Of a stretch of 64,000 nucleotides of DNA, positions 30,837-42,100 are shown one piece after another. The notes under the pieces were generated by a model. That model made no database searches. It worked only from the letters and a program-made list of their open reading frames with translations, and was not told the origin of the DNA. Position 1 is the first letter of the stretch; every line of letters starts with the position of its first letter. The translations under genes were made by a program, and so were the position numbers. Origin of the DNA: an uncultured Candidatus Rokubacteria bacterium. Lineage in GTDB: Bacteria > Methylomirabilota > Methylomirabilia > Rokubacteriales > CSP1-6. The stretch covers positions 160,001-224,000 of the forward strand of contig CAVXJS010000007.1 in NCBI GenBank assembly GCA_963762145.1, given 5' to 3'.

Positions 30837-33155
30837 TCAGAGCCTGCCGCGTCGCCGTCCGCGCGATCTGCAGGAGCTGCTGCAGGCCCTGGGCGGCTTG
30901 CCGGTGAGGTGGAGGCGGATGACCCGGCGCGCCGCCGTCGCGCAGCGTCTCGAGATCGCCCTGCGCCTGGGCGGCCTTGAGCGTCGAGAAGCCGTAGCCC
31001 GCGCCCGGGATGGTGAGGTCGTCCTTGTCCTCGCCGGTGATCTGGATGAACAGCCCGTTGGTCGGGCCGCCCTTGTGGAGCTGGCCGGTCGCGTGCAGGT
31101 AGTCGCGGCCCGAGGCCGACCGTCGTCGCGATGCGCAGCCGGTCGCGCAGAGGCACGCGGAGCGCCTGCAGGATCGGCTCACGGTCTCCGCGGTCGGCGG
31201 CAGGTAAGCCTGAGGATGCGCGACGTAGTCGCCCGGCTCGGCCTGCGCGAGGTGCGCGGCGAGGCCCTCTGCCGACGCGAGGTCGGCTGGCGCGTTCGAC
31301 TGCGCCAGGAGCGCCACGGCCGTCTTCCTCCGCGGCGACGGGCCACTCCGGCAGGCGGCGCAGCGTCCGCCAGCTCGGAGAGGAGCGCGGCTCGTCCTCT
31401 CCTTGGCCGCGCGCGACGTCGGGCTCGTCGAACGGGATTCACGCCGAGCACGGCGGCCGCGGTCGCCGTCGCCAGCTCCCACCGGAAGAACTCGGCGCCG
31501 ATGTCGAGCGGGTCCTTGAGCCGGTAGCCGGATCACGGGGTGCCCGGCCGTCCGAGAGCTTCGCGAGGGCCGCGTCGTAGCGTCGTGTCGCCGTCGAGGA
31601 CGAGGGCCACGAAGACGCGGTCCTCGCCGTACACCGTCGGGCGCGCCGAGCGGCTCGTCCACTACCGGCACGAGGCCCGGTGCCGTCCTTGCCGAGCGAC
31701 TCGGCGAGGAGCTGCTCGATCCATGCGCCCGAGGGCGCGGATCTTCTCGGAGAGCACCAGCGTGACCTTGTCGCGGCCGGCCCGCGCGAGCCCGGCCAGC
31801 GCCGCGCCGAGCTGCACCGCGGGATTGTCGCGCACGGCCCACCTCGTCGCCGCAGCGCTCGACCATGGCCTGGGCGCGCTCGAGCAGGGTCTTGATGTCG
31901 ACGCCGATCAGGGCGGCGGGCACGAGCCCGAAGAACGACAGCGCGGAGTAGCGGCCGCCGATGGACGCGGGGTTGAGGAAGGTGCGGCGGAAGCCGGTCT
32001 CGGTCGCCAGCTTCTCGAGCGGCGTGCCCCGGGTCGGTGATGGCGACGAACTGCATGACCCGGCCTCGGCGATGCCGCGGTCTCGACCTGGCCGCGGAAG
32101 AACGAGTAGAGCGGCCAGCGTCTCCGTGGTGGTGCCGGACTTGCTCGAGACCACGAAGAGCGTCGCGGCTCAGGTTGAGGCGTCGAGGGTCTGCTTGACC
32201 GCGCCGGGATCGGTGGAGTCCAGCACGAGCATGTCCGGGAAGCCCATCTTGGAGCCGAAGGTCTCGTTGAGCACCTCGCCGGCGAGGGACGAGCCGCCCA
32301 TGCCGAGGAGGACCACCTGCGAGTACTGGAGCCGTCGGATCTCGTCGGCGAAGGTCCGGATGTCCTCGGCGTGGCTCGCGCATGATGGTGGGCGAGGTGA
32401 GCCAGCCGAGCCGGTTTCGCACGGTGGCCGCGTCTCCCGTTCCACAGGGTCGCGTCCTTCACCCACAGGCGATCGAGGAACTCGTGCTGCTCGAGGAAGC
32501 GCAGGGTCTCCTCCACCGCGGGCAGCTTGAGCGGGTCCGGCAGCACCAGCGCAGGCGTCGTGACCGCGGGGCGCGGCGGCGCGGGCGGAGGAGCGGGCGC
32601 TTCCTTCGGCTCGCGGGCGGCCGCGGGCGCTTTCGCGGCCGGCTTGGCCGTGGAGGCCTTCGGAGCCCCCTTGTCCTCGGACGGCTTCAGCGGCGCCTTG
32701 TCGGCTCCGAGAAGTCCGGCCTCGAGCTGGCCGATCTTGGCCACCTGCCGCGATTGCGGGTCGCCCGCCTCGAACTGGGCGCCGATGAAGGCCTGGGCGA
32801 TCTCGATCGCGGTCTTGGGCTCGAGCCCGGCCGCCGTGAGGCAGAGCACGTTGGCGTCGACCTCTCCGCGGCTCCGACGGGCGGCGTCCGCGTCCGGACA
32901 CATGGCCGCACGGATGCCCCGCATCTTGTTGGCCGCGATTGCCCCGCCGGTCCCGCTCGCGCAGAGGAGCAGGCTCGCGTCCACGAAGCCCCGGAGCACG
33001 GCCTGGCCGACGGCCCGGGCGTAGTCCGGGTAGTCCACGGGGTCGGTCGAGAAGGTGCCGAGGTCGAGGACGTCGTGCCCGTCGGCCTCGAGCGCCGCCA
33101 CGAGGGGCTCTTTGAGGGCCAAACCGGTGTCATCACAGCCAATGGCGATTCGCAT
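30837..33155 (-). CDS. Fusion of a degenerate RpiB domain and a glucose-6-phosphate isomerase domain (Tal/Pgi-type), multiple apparent indels
   Basis: MRIAIGCD..VDYPDYA..AANK; Pro/Ala/Lys linker; NRLGWL, LGMGGSSL, SSKSGTT, IGGRYSALS, TGQLHKGGP. Confidence 0.78.
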
Positions 33156-33176
33156 GATCCCGCAGCGGCTATTCTC

Positions 33177-34646
33177 TCAGGACTGGTTAAAGCCGACAAT
33201 GTCCTCGTAGAGCAGGCGCTGCCGCTCCCTCGCCGCCCGGTACCGGGCGTGCCGATCGGGGGCGGGCTTCAGGACCCGGACGGGCTCCGAAGCCTCCGGA
33301 AGGGCCACCCCCAGGGCCTCGAGGGCCAGCAGGGCCGCGCCCCGGGCCGAGGCCTCGGGGTCGCCGCCCAGGGCGACCGGCACGCCGAGGGCGTCGGTGG
33401 CGATCTGGGCCCAGGTCGGCGAGTGCGCCATGGCTCCGCCGGAGCCCACCACGACGTGATCGGGGGCGGCCAGCGGGCGCAGCCGGTCGTACACCTCGGC
33501 CAGACGGAACGCGACACTCTCGAGCAGAGCGCGCGTGATCTCGATGGCGTCGGTGTCGAGAGAGATACCCGTGACCGCGGCCCGCGCCTCCGGGCGCCAC
33601 CCCGGGCTCCGCTCGCCGGCAAGGAAGGGCAGGGCCGTGAGCCCGTGCCCATCGGGCTCGACCGCCGCGAGCGCCGCCTCGAGGGCCGCGGGATCGTCGG
33701 GCAGGGCCAGGTGCCGCCGGCACCAGGCCAGCACGTTGCCGCCCTCCGAGGTCGCGCCGCCGACCAGCGCGCGCCGGGCGTCCACCCGGTAGCGCCAGAG
33801 CCCCCACGGCGTGGGCGCGTGCGGTCCCAGCGGCTCGGGCAGGATGACGCGCAGCGCGGCGGATGTTCCGACATTGAGCGCGACCCGGCGCGCGTCCCGG
33901 CAGTCCGAGCCCACGTTCGAGCACGCGCCGTCCCCGTACGCGGGATACCAGGGCACGCGCGCGAGGGCGGGCCAGCGCGCGGCGTGGGGCGCGATCAGGC
34001 CGGGCGCGGCGCGGTCGTCGATGGGCGGGAGCTGCGCGCCCGTGATCCCGGATGCGGCGAGCATGTCGGCGTCCCAGCCGCCCGCGATCTGATCGAGCAG
34101 GCCGGTGCCGGAGGCCATCGAGAGGCTCGCGGTCAGACGGCCCGTGAGCTGGGCCTGCAGGTACTCCCCCAAGCCGCACCAGACGGCGGCGCGCGCCCAG
34201 ACCTCGGGACGGCTCTCGCGCAGCCAGCGGAGCTTGGCGGGGAAGAACGTGGAGTGCAGCGGCGCACCGGTCCGCGCGTGGATGCCGCGCTCGTCGTGCG
34301 CGCCGCGGAGCGCGGCGGCCGCGGAGGCGCTGCGGGTGTCGGCCCAGGTGATGACCGGGGTGAGCGGCCGGCCCGCGGCATCGAGGGCCAGCAGGCTGTG
34401 CCAGAACACCGAGACGCCCACCGCCGCGATCTCGGACGCGCGCGCGCCGCAGCCCGCGAGGCCGGCGTCGACCACGCGCGTCACCGCGGCGAGAAGAGCG
34501 TCGGCGTCCAGCTCGACGCCGCCGTCGGGCGTGGTGCGGGGCTCGTAGGTGGCCTGGCCTCCCGCGCCTGGCTGCGCGCGGCCCGCCTCGTCGAAGACGC
34601 GGGCGCGGGCCGAGCTGGTGCCGACGTCCAGCGCCAGGATGAGCAT
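33177..34646 (-). CDS. gntK: Gluconokinase (FGGY kinase family)
   Basis: LDVGTSS, ITWADTR, NVGTSAALR, LPFLAGERSPGW, ASARGAA. Confidence 0.82.
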   Translation of the reverse strand: MLILALDVGTSSARARVFDEAGRAQPGAGGQATYEPRTTPDGGVELDADALLAAVTRVVDAGLAGCGARASEIAAVGVSVFWHSLLALDAAGRPLTPVITWADTRSASAAAALRGAHDERGIHARTGAPLHSTFFPAKLRWLRESRPEVWARAAVWCGLGEYLQAQLTGRLTASLSMASGTGLLDQIAGGWDADMLAASGITGAQLPPIDDRAAPGLIAPHAARWPALARVPWYPAYGDGACSNVGSDCRDARRVALNVGTSAALRVILPEPLGPHAPTPWGLWRYRVDARRALVGGATSEGGNVLAWCRRHLALPDDPAALEAALAAVEPDGHGLTALPFLAGERSPGWRPEARAAVTGISLDTDAIEITRALLESVAFRLAEVYDRLRPLAAPDHVVVGSGGAMAHSPTWAQIATDALGVPVALGGDPEASARGAALLALEALGVALPEASEPVRVLKPAPDRHARYRAARERQRLLYEDIVGFNQS

Positions 34647-34724
34647 GTGCGGTACTATACGACGCAATGGATCTCGGGCACGGGCCCGGTCCACGCGGTT
34701 CACCCCGACAGGCAGGAGACCGAC

Positions 34725-36308
34725 ATGTCCCTCATCACGGTGCTGAGCCCGGTGGCCGAGCTGCGTACGGCGACCACGGCGATTCCGGCGCTGCCCACCG
34801 ATCTGCGCGGCCTCACGGTGGGCTTCCTCGACAACACGAAGCACAACTTCGACCGCCTGGTCACCGGCATCGGCGAGGCGCTCAAGGAGCGTCACGGCGT
34901 GAAGCGCGTGGTGATCCGGCGGAAGGCCAACGCGGCCACCGGCGCCGCCCACTCGATCATCGAGGAGATGGCGAAGGAGTGCGACCTCGTCTTCTCCGGA
35001 TCCGCCGACTGAGGCTCCTGCACGTCGTGGAGTCTCCACGACACGCTGGAGCTGGCGAAGGCGGGAACGCCCGCGGGACTGATCACCACCACCGTGTTCC
35101 AGCGCCTGGCCCTGGGCGAGATGACCGCGCTCGGCGCCAGCGGGTTGCCGTTGCTGGTGGTCCAGCATCCGCTGGGCGGTGAGGCGCCCGAGGGCGTGAG
35201 CCGCCGCATCGCCCAGGCGGTGGAGCAGATCGAAGCCATGCTCGGCGCGAGGCCCTCGGTGAGCCAGGTGGTCGAGACGACGCTGACCCTGCCGGAGGAA
35301 GACGTCTACGCGGAGTTCTGCAAGCGGGAGTGGTGCGACGGGCTCCCGTTCGTTCCTCCCACCGCGGAGCGCGTGCGCGCGATGCTGGCGGGGGCCCGCA
35401 CGAAGCCCGCCGAATCGCTCGGGGTGATGGCGCCGCTCTGGCGCGAGTGCACGGTCGAGAAGCTGGCGGTCAACGCGGTCATGGCGGGCTGCGAGCCCGC
35501 GTACTTCCCGGTGATCGTGGCCGCGGCGCAGGCCATGATCGATCCCTCCTTCAATCTCTTCGGGGTCCAGGCCACCACGCATCCGGTGGCGCCGCTGATC
35601 GTGGTGACCGGGCCCTACGCGCACGCGATCGGGCTGCATGCAGGCTCCGGCCTCTTCGGGCCCGGCTTCCGCGCGAACGCCACCATCGGGCGCGCGATCC
35701 GTCTGGTCCTGATGAATATCGGCGGGGGCTGGCCGGGCCGGGGCGACATGGCCACCCAGGGCAGCCCGGCCAAGTTCTCCTACGCGATCACCGAGCGCGA
35801 GGACTCCCCGTGGGAGCCGCTGCACGTCGCGCTCGGCTTCAAGGCGGACCAGAGCGTGGTCACCGTGTTCGGCGGCGAAGGCCCGCACAACGTCAACGAC
35901 CACGTGTCCACCACCGCGCCCGGCATCCTCAACAACGTGGCCGACGTGGCGACCTCGCTGGGCTCCAACGTGGGCTGGTATCTGTCGCAGAGCCAGATGC
36001 TGGTCGTGCTCGGGCCCGAGCACGCGGCGACCATCGCGGCCGACGGGTTCACCCGCACGGACGTGCAGCGCTTCGTCTTCGAGAACGCGCGCATTCCGCT
36101 CGGCCGCATGAAGCTCGGCGGCATGTGGGGCATGCACGACTGGCCCACGTGGATGGCCAAGGAGACCGACGACTCCGTGCGGCTGCCGCGCGTGCCCTCG
36201 GCCGACGACATCTACGTGATGGTGGGCGGCGGCTCCGGCAAGCACTCCTGCGTCGTCCCCAACTGCACCTTCAGCCGCGCAGTCAGCCGCGTCCTCGACC
36301 GCATCTGA
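34725..36308 (+). CDS. UGSC-family selenoprotein fused to a conserved uncharacterised domain; in-frame TGA (Sec) at 35010-35012, 527 aa
   Basis: One frame from ATG 34725 (AGGAG RBS) through GSAD-TGA-GSCTSWS to DGLPFVPPTAERV...NAVMAGC...GPGFRANATIGRA. Confidence 0.85.
35013..35052 (+). promoter_or_regulatory. Bacterial SECIS-like hairpin immediately 3' of the UGA codon
   Basis: Upper stem gtcgtgga(35024-31)/tccacgac(35035-42) with G-containing loop; lower stem gctcc/ggagc. Confidence 0.7.
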
Positions 36309-36310
36309 TC

Positions 36311-36394
36311 GGGGTCAGGTCTTGAAATACGACATTTTCACCGCGTCAGGTGAAGCGGCGCGCGCGGAAATGTCGTATTTCAAGACCTGACCCC
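36311..36394. repeat. REP/REPIN-like inverted-repeat element, copy 2 (family C)
   Basis: Perfect 27-bp arms ggggtcaggtcttgaaatacgacattt / aaatgtcgtatttcaagacctgacccc. Confidence 0.92.
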
Positions 36395-37288
36395 AGAGCG
36401 CGCGAGGGTCAGGACGGCGAGAGCGGTCAGGAGCAGGGCCGCGCCCGCGATGCCGACCGGGCCCAGGCGCTCGCCGAAGACGAGCAGGCCGAGGGTGGTG
36501 GCGGTCAGCGGCTCGAGCAGCGACACGATGCCGGCCGCGGTCGCGGGCACGCGACCCAGCCCCGCGGTGAACATCACGTAGGCCACCGCGGTGGGCCCGA
36601 TCCCCAGATAGAGCAGCAGCGGCCATCCCGCGGCCAGCGCGCGCGCGGGCGCCGCCTCGCCGAGCAGCGCGGGCGCGAGGAACAGCGCGGCGAGCGCGAA
36701 CGTGATCGCCGAGACCGCGAGCGGCGTCACGCGCGCCAGAAGCCCCTTGGCGGCCACCGCGTAGGCGGCGTAAGATACCCCCGCGCCGAGCGCGAGAAGC
36801 GCCCCCACCCCGAAGTGGCCCGCGATCTCGCCGAACCCGCGCGGGCCGACCACGAGTAGCGCGGTTCCGGCGGTCGCCATCCCGAGCGAGAGCCGCACGA
36901 GCGGGGTCAGCCGCTCTCCGAGGAAGAGGGCGGCCAGCACCGCGATCAGGAGCGGGGCGGAGCAGATGGCGAGGAGCGCGGCGGGGGCCACGCCGACGAG
37001 GGTGACCGCGCGGAAGTAGCAAATCTGGTACGCGGCCATGGCCAGGCCGAGCGCGGCGCAGAGCGGCAGGTCGGCGAGCGACGGCCAGGGACGCCGCGAA
37101 GGATGACGCGCCCCGAAGCGGCCGACCCCGGCGGCGGCCAGCACGAGGAGGGGGGCGGCGATGGCGAGGCGACTCCACCCGACGAGAAGCGGCGACACGG
37201 AGGCCTCGCGCGAGAGTAGAGTCATGGTGGCGCCGGTCGTCCCCCACGACGCGGCGGCGACCGCGACGAGCGCCAGACCCAGCAGCAT
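36380..37288 (-). CDS. DMT/EamA family transporter
   Basis: AAASWGTTG, LLEPLTATTLG..FGERL; about 10 TM helices; stop codon lies inside the family C repeat. Confidence 0.88.
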   Translation of the reverse strand: MLLGLALVAVAAASWGTTGATMTLLSREASVSPLLVGWSRLAIAAPLLVLAAAGVGRFGARHPSRRPWPSLADLPLCAALGLAMAAYQICYFRAVTLVGVAPAALLAICSAPLLIAVLAALFLGERLTPLVRLSLGMATAGTALLVVGPRGFGEIAGHFGVGALLALGAGVSYAAYAVAAKGLLARVTPLAVSAITFALAALFLAPALLGEAAPARALAAGWPLLLYLGIGPTAVAYVMFTAGLGRVPATAAGIVSLLEPLTATTLGLLVFGERLGPVGIAGAALLLTALAVLTLARSGVRS

Positions 37289-37321
37289 GTCCACGAGCAT
37301 ACAGGAGGCACGACGGCAGGC

Positions 37322-38230
37322 ATGAGCGAGCGCATCGGGTTCATTGGCCTCGGAAACATGGGCGTGCCGATGGCGGGCCGCCTGCTGGACGGCGGGCATT
37401 CCTTGATCGTCAACGACATTCGCCAGGAGGCGGCGCGTCCGTTGCTGGCCCGCGGGGCCACGTGGGCGGCGTCGCCGGCCGAGGTGGCGGCCGCGGCCCA
37501 GACCGTCATCACGATCCTGCCGACCTCGCGCGAGGTGCGCGAGGTGCTGCTGGGCGCCAAGGGCCTGCTGGACGCGCTTCGCCCCGGCAGCCTCGTGCTC
37601 GAGATGACCTCGGCCGATCCGTCGGTCACGCGCGAGCTCGAGCGCGAGGTGGTCGCGCGCGGCTCCGCGCTCATCGACGCGCCGGTCTCGGGCGGGGTGC
37701 GCGGCGCGGTCGAGGGCACGCTGGCCATCATGGTCGGCGGGGATCCCGCGCTCCTGGAGCGCGCGCGCCCGGTGCTGGCCTGCATGGGCAAGAACATCTT
37801 CCACGCCGGTCCGGTCGGGGCCGGGCACGCGATCAAGCTGGTGAACAACATGTGCTCCGGGGGCATCCTCGCGCTGACCATCGAGGCGGTCGCGGTGGCG
37901 GCCCGCGCGGGAGTGGATCCGACGCGCGCGGTGGAGATCCTCCAGGCCTCGAGCGGGCGCTCCAACGCGAGCGACAACAAGTTCCCCCGCTTCATCCTCA
38001 ACGGTGCCTTCGACGCCGGCTTCGCGATCCGGCTCATGATGAAGGACCTCGACGGATATGGCCGTCTCGCCCAGGAGGCGGGCGTGCCCTCGCCGGTGGC
38101 GCGCGCCGCCGCCGAGGTCTACCGCGTCGCCATGGCGCGCGGCATGGCCGAGCAGGACCACACCGCGATCACCCGCATCATCGAGGAGTGGGCCGGCGTC
38201 TCGCTCCGATCCCAGGGAGGCAAGGCATGA
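37322..38230 (+). CDS. Beta-hydroxyacid dehydrogenase (3-hydroxyisobutyrate DH family)
   Basis: GFIGLGNMG, DAPVSGG, IKLVNN, MKDL. Confidence 0.9.
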   Translation: MSERIGFIGLGNMGVPMAGRLLDGGHSLIVNDIRQEAARPLLARGATWAASPAEVAAAAQTVITILPTSREVREVLLGAKGLLDALRPGSLVLEMTSADPSVTRELEREVVARGSALIDAPVSGGVRGAVEGTLAIMVGGDPALLERARPVLACMGKNIFHAGPVGAGHAIKLVNNMCSGGILALTIEAVAVAARAGVDPTRAVEILQASSGRSNASDNKFPRFILNGAFDAGFAIRLMMKDLDGYGRLAQEAGVPSPVARAAAEVYRVAMARGMAEQDHTAITRIIEEWAGVSLRSQGGKA

Positions 38231-39133
38231 CGCGGATCGGCTTCATCGGCGTGGGCACCATGGGGCTGCCCATGGCGAAGAACCTCGTCAAGAAGGGCTT
38301 CACGGTGACCGCGTTCGACAGCAATCCGGAGGCGGTGGAGGCCGCCGCCGCGGCGGGCATGACCGCGGCCGCGTCCGCGGCCGAGGCGGTGGCCACGCGC
38401 GGACCTCGTGGTCACCATGCTGCCCTCCTCGCCCCACGTGGAGTCGGTCTACACCGGCGACGGCGGCGTGCTGGCCGCCGCGCGCAAGGGCACGCTCTGC
38501 GTCGACATGTCCACCATCGACCCCGCGGTGTCGCGGCGGATGGCGGCGGCGGCGCAGCGAGCGGGGCGTGCGCTTCATCGACGCGCCGGTCTCGGGCGGC
38601 GTCCCGCGCGCCACCGACGGCACCCTCGCGATCATGGTGGGCGGAGCCGCCGCCGATTTCGCGGAGGCGATGCCCGCGCTCGACGCGATGGGCGCCAACG
38701 TCATCCACGTGGGCCCGGTGGGCAGCGGCGAGGTCGTCAAGCTCTGCAACAATCTGATCGCCGGGGTCTGCGGCGGTCGCGGTGAGCGAGGCGTTCCGCA
38801 TCGCGGAAGGCTTCGGCGTGGATCCCAAGGTGGTCACCGACGTCATCTCCAAGTCCTCCGGCAACACGTTCCTGATGGAGCTCATGCATCCCGTGCCCGG
38901 GCATGGTCCCGCGGCGGCCTCGAGCAACGGTACAAGCCGGGGTTCATGACCGATCTCATGTGCAAGGACCTCGGCCTGGCGGTGGACGCGGCGCGGGGGC
39001 TCCGCGTCCCGTGTTCGTGGCGCCCGCCGCCCAGCAGGTGTATCGCCTCGCCTCCTCCCACGGGCTCGGGCGGCGCGACTTCACGAGCGTCTACTCGTTC
39101 CTCAAGCCGTCCTCGGGGCAGGCTCCGGTCTAG
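38227..39133 (+). CDS. mmsB: 3-hydroxyisobutyrate dehydrogenase-like (apparent indels)
   Basis: GFIGVGTMG, TMLPSSPHV, KLCNN, HPVPG, YKPGFMTDLMCKDL. Confidence 0.75.
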
Positions 39134-39149
39134 GCGGCGAGGCCGCGCG

Positions 39150-42100
39150 ATGAGCCGCCGGCTGAAGACCTGGCTGATCGTCCTGGCGCTCGGGCTGGTG
39201 CTGGGCGTCGCCTTCGTCTGGACCCTGCCCGAGATCGTGAGGTGGCAGGCGCTCAAGCAGATCCCGGTGACCACGGGACGGACAGTCGCCATCGAGGATA
39301 TCGACATCAACCTGTTCACCGGTCGGGTGGCGATCAAGAAGTTTCGCCTCGCCGAGCCGGATCCCGCCCAGGCCTTCATCGAGTTCGACCGGCTGGACGT
39401 ACGGGTGATCCCGTGGTCGCCGATCTTCGGCCACATCCGCGTCGCGGAGGTGGTGCTCACCGCGCCCACCGTGAACCTGGTGCGCCTGAGCCCGACCGAG
39501 TTCAACTTCTCCGACATCCTGGCCCGGCTCGCCGCGTCTCCGGCCCCGGCGACGGCCCCGCCGGACGACGACCCGCAGCTCAAGTCACGCGGGACCTTCG
39601 GGCTCGATCGGTTCGCGCTGATCCGGGCGAACATCTCGGTGATCGATCGCGCGGTGAAGCCGGCCGGCGAGTGGAAGGTCCGGGATCTCTCGATCGAGGC
39701 CGGCAATCTCACCACGAAGCCCTCGGGACCGGTCGGGAACCTGGCGGTGCACGCCGCGCTCAACGACTCGCCGATCGAGCTCTCCGCCCAGGACATCGAC
39801 CTCACCCCCACCTCGTTCGGCGGGAAGTTCTCGATCCAGAACTTCAACCTGCTCCAGATCCGGCCCTATCTGCCGCCCACGCTGCCCGTCGCGCTCGAGT
39901 CGGGCATCGCGGGGGTGACCATGACCGTCAAGATCGAGCTGGGGAAGGGGCCGGGCGGCCTGGCGGTCGGCCTCGTCGCCGGCGACGTGACGCTGGCCAG
40001 CCTGGCGCTGGCGCAGCCGGGGAAGCCGACCCCGTTCCTCACGGTGCCCCGCATCGCGGTGGGCCTGAAGGAAGTGAACCTGGTCTCCCGCACGGTGACG
40101 GTGTCGGGTGTCGACATCGACGGCCTCGACCTCAAGGCGGTCCGCGACAAGCAGGAGAAGATCGATCTGCTCGCGCTGGCGGGCAAGCCGGAGGCCGGTG
40201 CCACCGGGACTGCTTCTTCAGCCCCTCTGCCCTCGCCGGCGCCGGCCAAGCCCGCGGCGGAGAAGGGCGAACCGGAGTACAAGATCACGGTCGAGAAGAT
40301 CGCCCTGAAGGGCGCCGCGACGTTCACCGACGAGTCGGTCTCCGCGCCGTCGACCCAGCTCAAGCTGAGTGCCCTCGCGGTGCAGGTGGACGACGTGACG
40401 TGGCCGGCCATCCGGCCCATCGGTTTCGCGCTGAACGCGGGCCTGCCGGGCGGAGGCAGTATCGGAGCGAAGGGGACGGTCCGGATCGAGCCTCTGGATC
40501 TGACCCTCACGCTCACCACCCGTGACGCGCCGATCGAGCCGTACCGCGCGTACTTCCCGTTCCCGGCGAGCTTCTCGGGGCGATTCAACGCGGACAGTCA
40601 GAATCGGGTCCGGATCGTCAACGGCAAGCTCACCGTGCTCTCCCGCGGCAACAGCTGGGCCACCAACCTGGCGGTGACGGGGCCGGATGACAAGGAGCCG
40701 CCGCTGCGCCTCGAGCGGATGGAGATCAACGGGATCGATTTCGGCTGGCCCACCCACGCGCGGGTCAACAAGGTGCTGCTGAGAAAGCCGATGAACGAGA
40801 TCGTGCGCGCGGCGGACGGAACGCTGAACGTCCAGAAGCTGTTCACGCCGACTCCCAAGCCGGGCGCACCCGCTCCGCCGGCGGACCCGAAGCCGCCGGT
40901 GAAGCCCACCCCCGCGGGTCGGCCGGAGGCCACGGCGCCCGACCCGCTCCAGACGATGGAGCTCTCCTTCAAGGAGATCGTGATCGAGGACGGCTACACC
41001 CGCTTCCTCGACCAGACCACCCAGCCGCCCTTCTCCAACGACATCTCGAAGCTCAGCGTGTCGGTGAAGGACCTCTCCAACAAGGCGAGCCAGCGGGCCA
41101 CCGTGCGGACGCAGGCGGTGATCGGCGGGGACGCCACGCTGGACGTCCGCGGCGAGATGGCGGCCATCGGGGCGCCGACCTACGTCAACATGGCGACCGA
41201 GCTCACCAAGCTCGCGCTGCCCAGCGCCAACCCGTACGTGGACGGCGCGATCGCCTGGATCATCCGGCGCGGGCAGCTGACCGCCAAGCTCGAGTCCAAG
41301 ATCGACAAGGACCAGCTCGACCTGAAGAACGACATCCTGATCAGTAATCTCCGGGTCGCGCCGTCCCGCCCCTCGGACGAGGTCAAGAAGCGCATCGGCC
41401 TGCCCCTGGGGCTGATCGTGGCCCTGATCAAGGACGGCGACGGCAACATCCACGTCAACGTGCCCATCAGCGGGACCCTCACCGACAAGCAGTTCGACTT
41501 CAGCGACGCGATATGGACCGCGGTGAAGAACGTCATCGTCAACGTCCTGAAGGCGCCGTTCCGCGCCATCGGGGGACTCTTCACCAGCGGCGACGACAAG
41601 ATCGAGGAGGTCAAGGTGGACCCGGTGGTCTTCGCGGCCGGCAGCGCGGTGCTGGGCCCGGAGCTGGAGCGCCAGACCGTCCGCGTCGGTGATTTCCTGC
41701 GACGCGCGCCCTACGTCGGCCTCACGTTGACCTCGGTGACCACGCCGGCCGACGTGGAGGTGCTCAAGGAGCGCGCGGTCGCGGCCCGCGTCGAGAAGTT
41801 CCGGCAGGAGCAGGGGATCGCCGAGCTGCCCGCCGCCCTCCGCCGCTACTACCAGGTGATCGTCAAGGACGCCCAGCTCCCCGTCTCGGTGGAGGCGCAG
41901 ATGTTGCTGCTGCGCAGGCGCGAGCCCGAGCCGGCCGGCCCGCTCGCCGAGCTTCGGCAGCGCCGCCTGGAGGTCACGCGCGAGCGGCTGGCGAAGGTGG
42001 AGGGTATCCCGGAGGCGCGGCTCCAGGTTTTGGCCGAGGGCGCGCCGGGCGCGGCGGCGTCCGCCCCGCCGCCCGCGGGTGCCGCGCCCGCGGCACCCGC

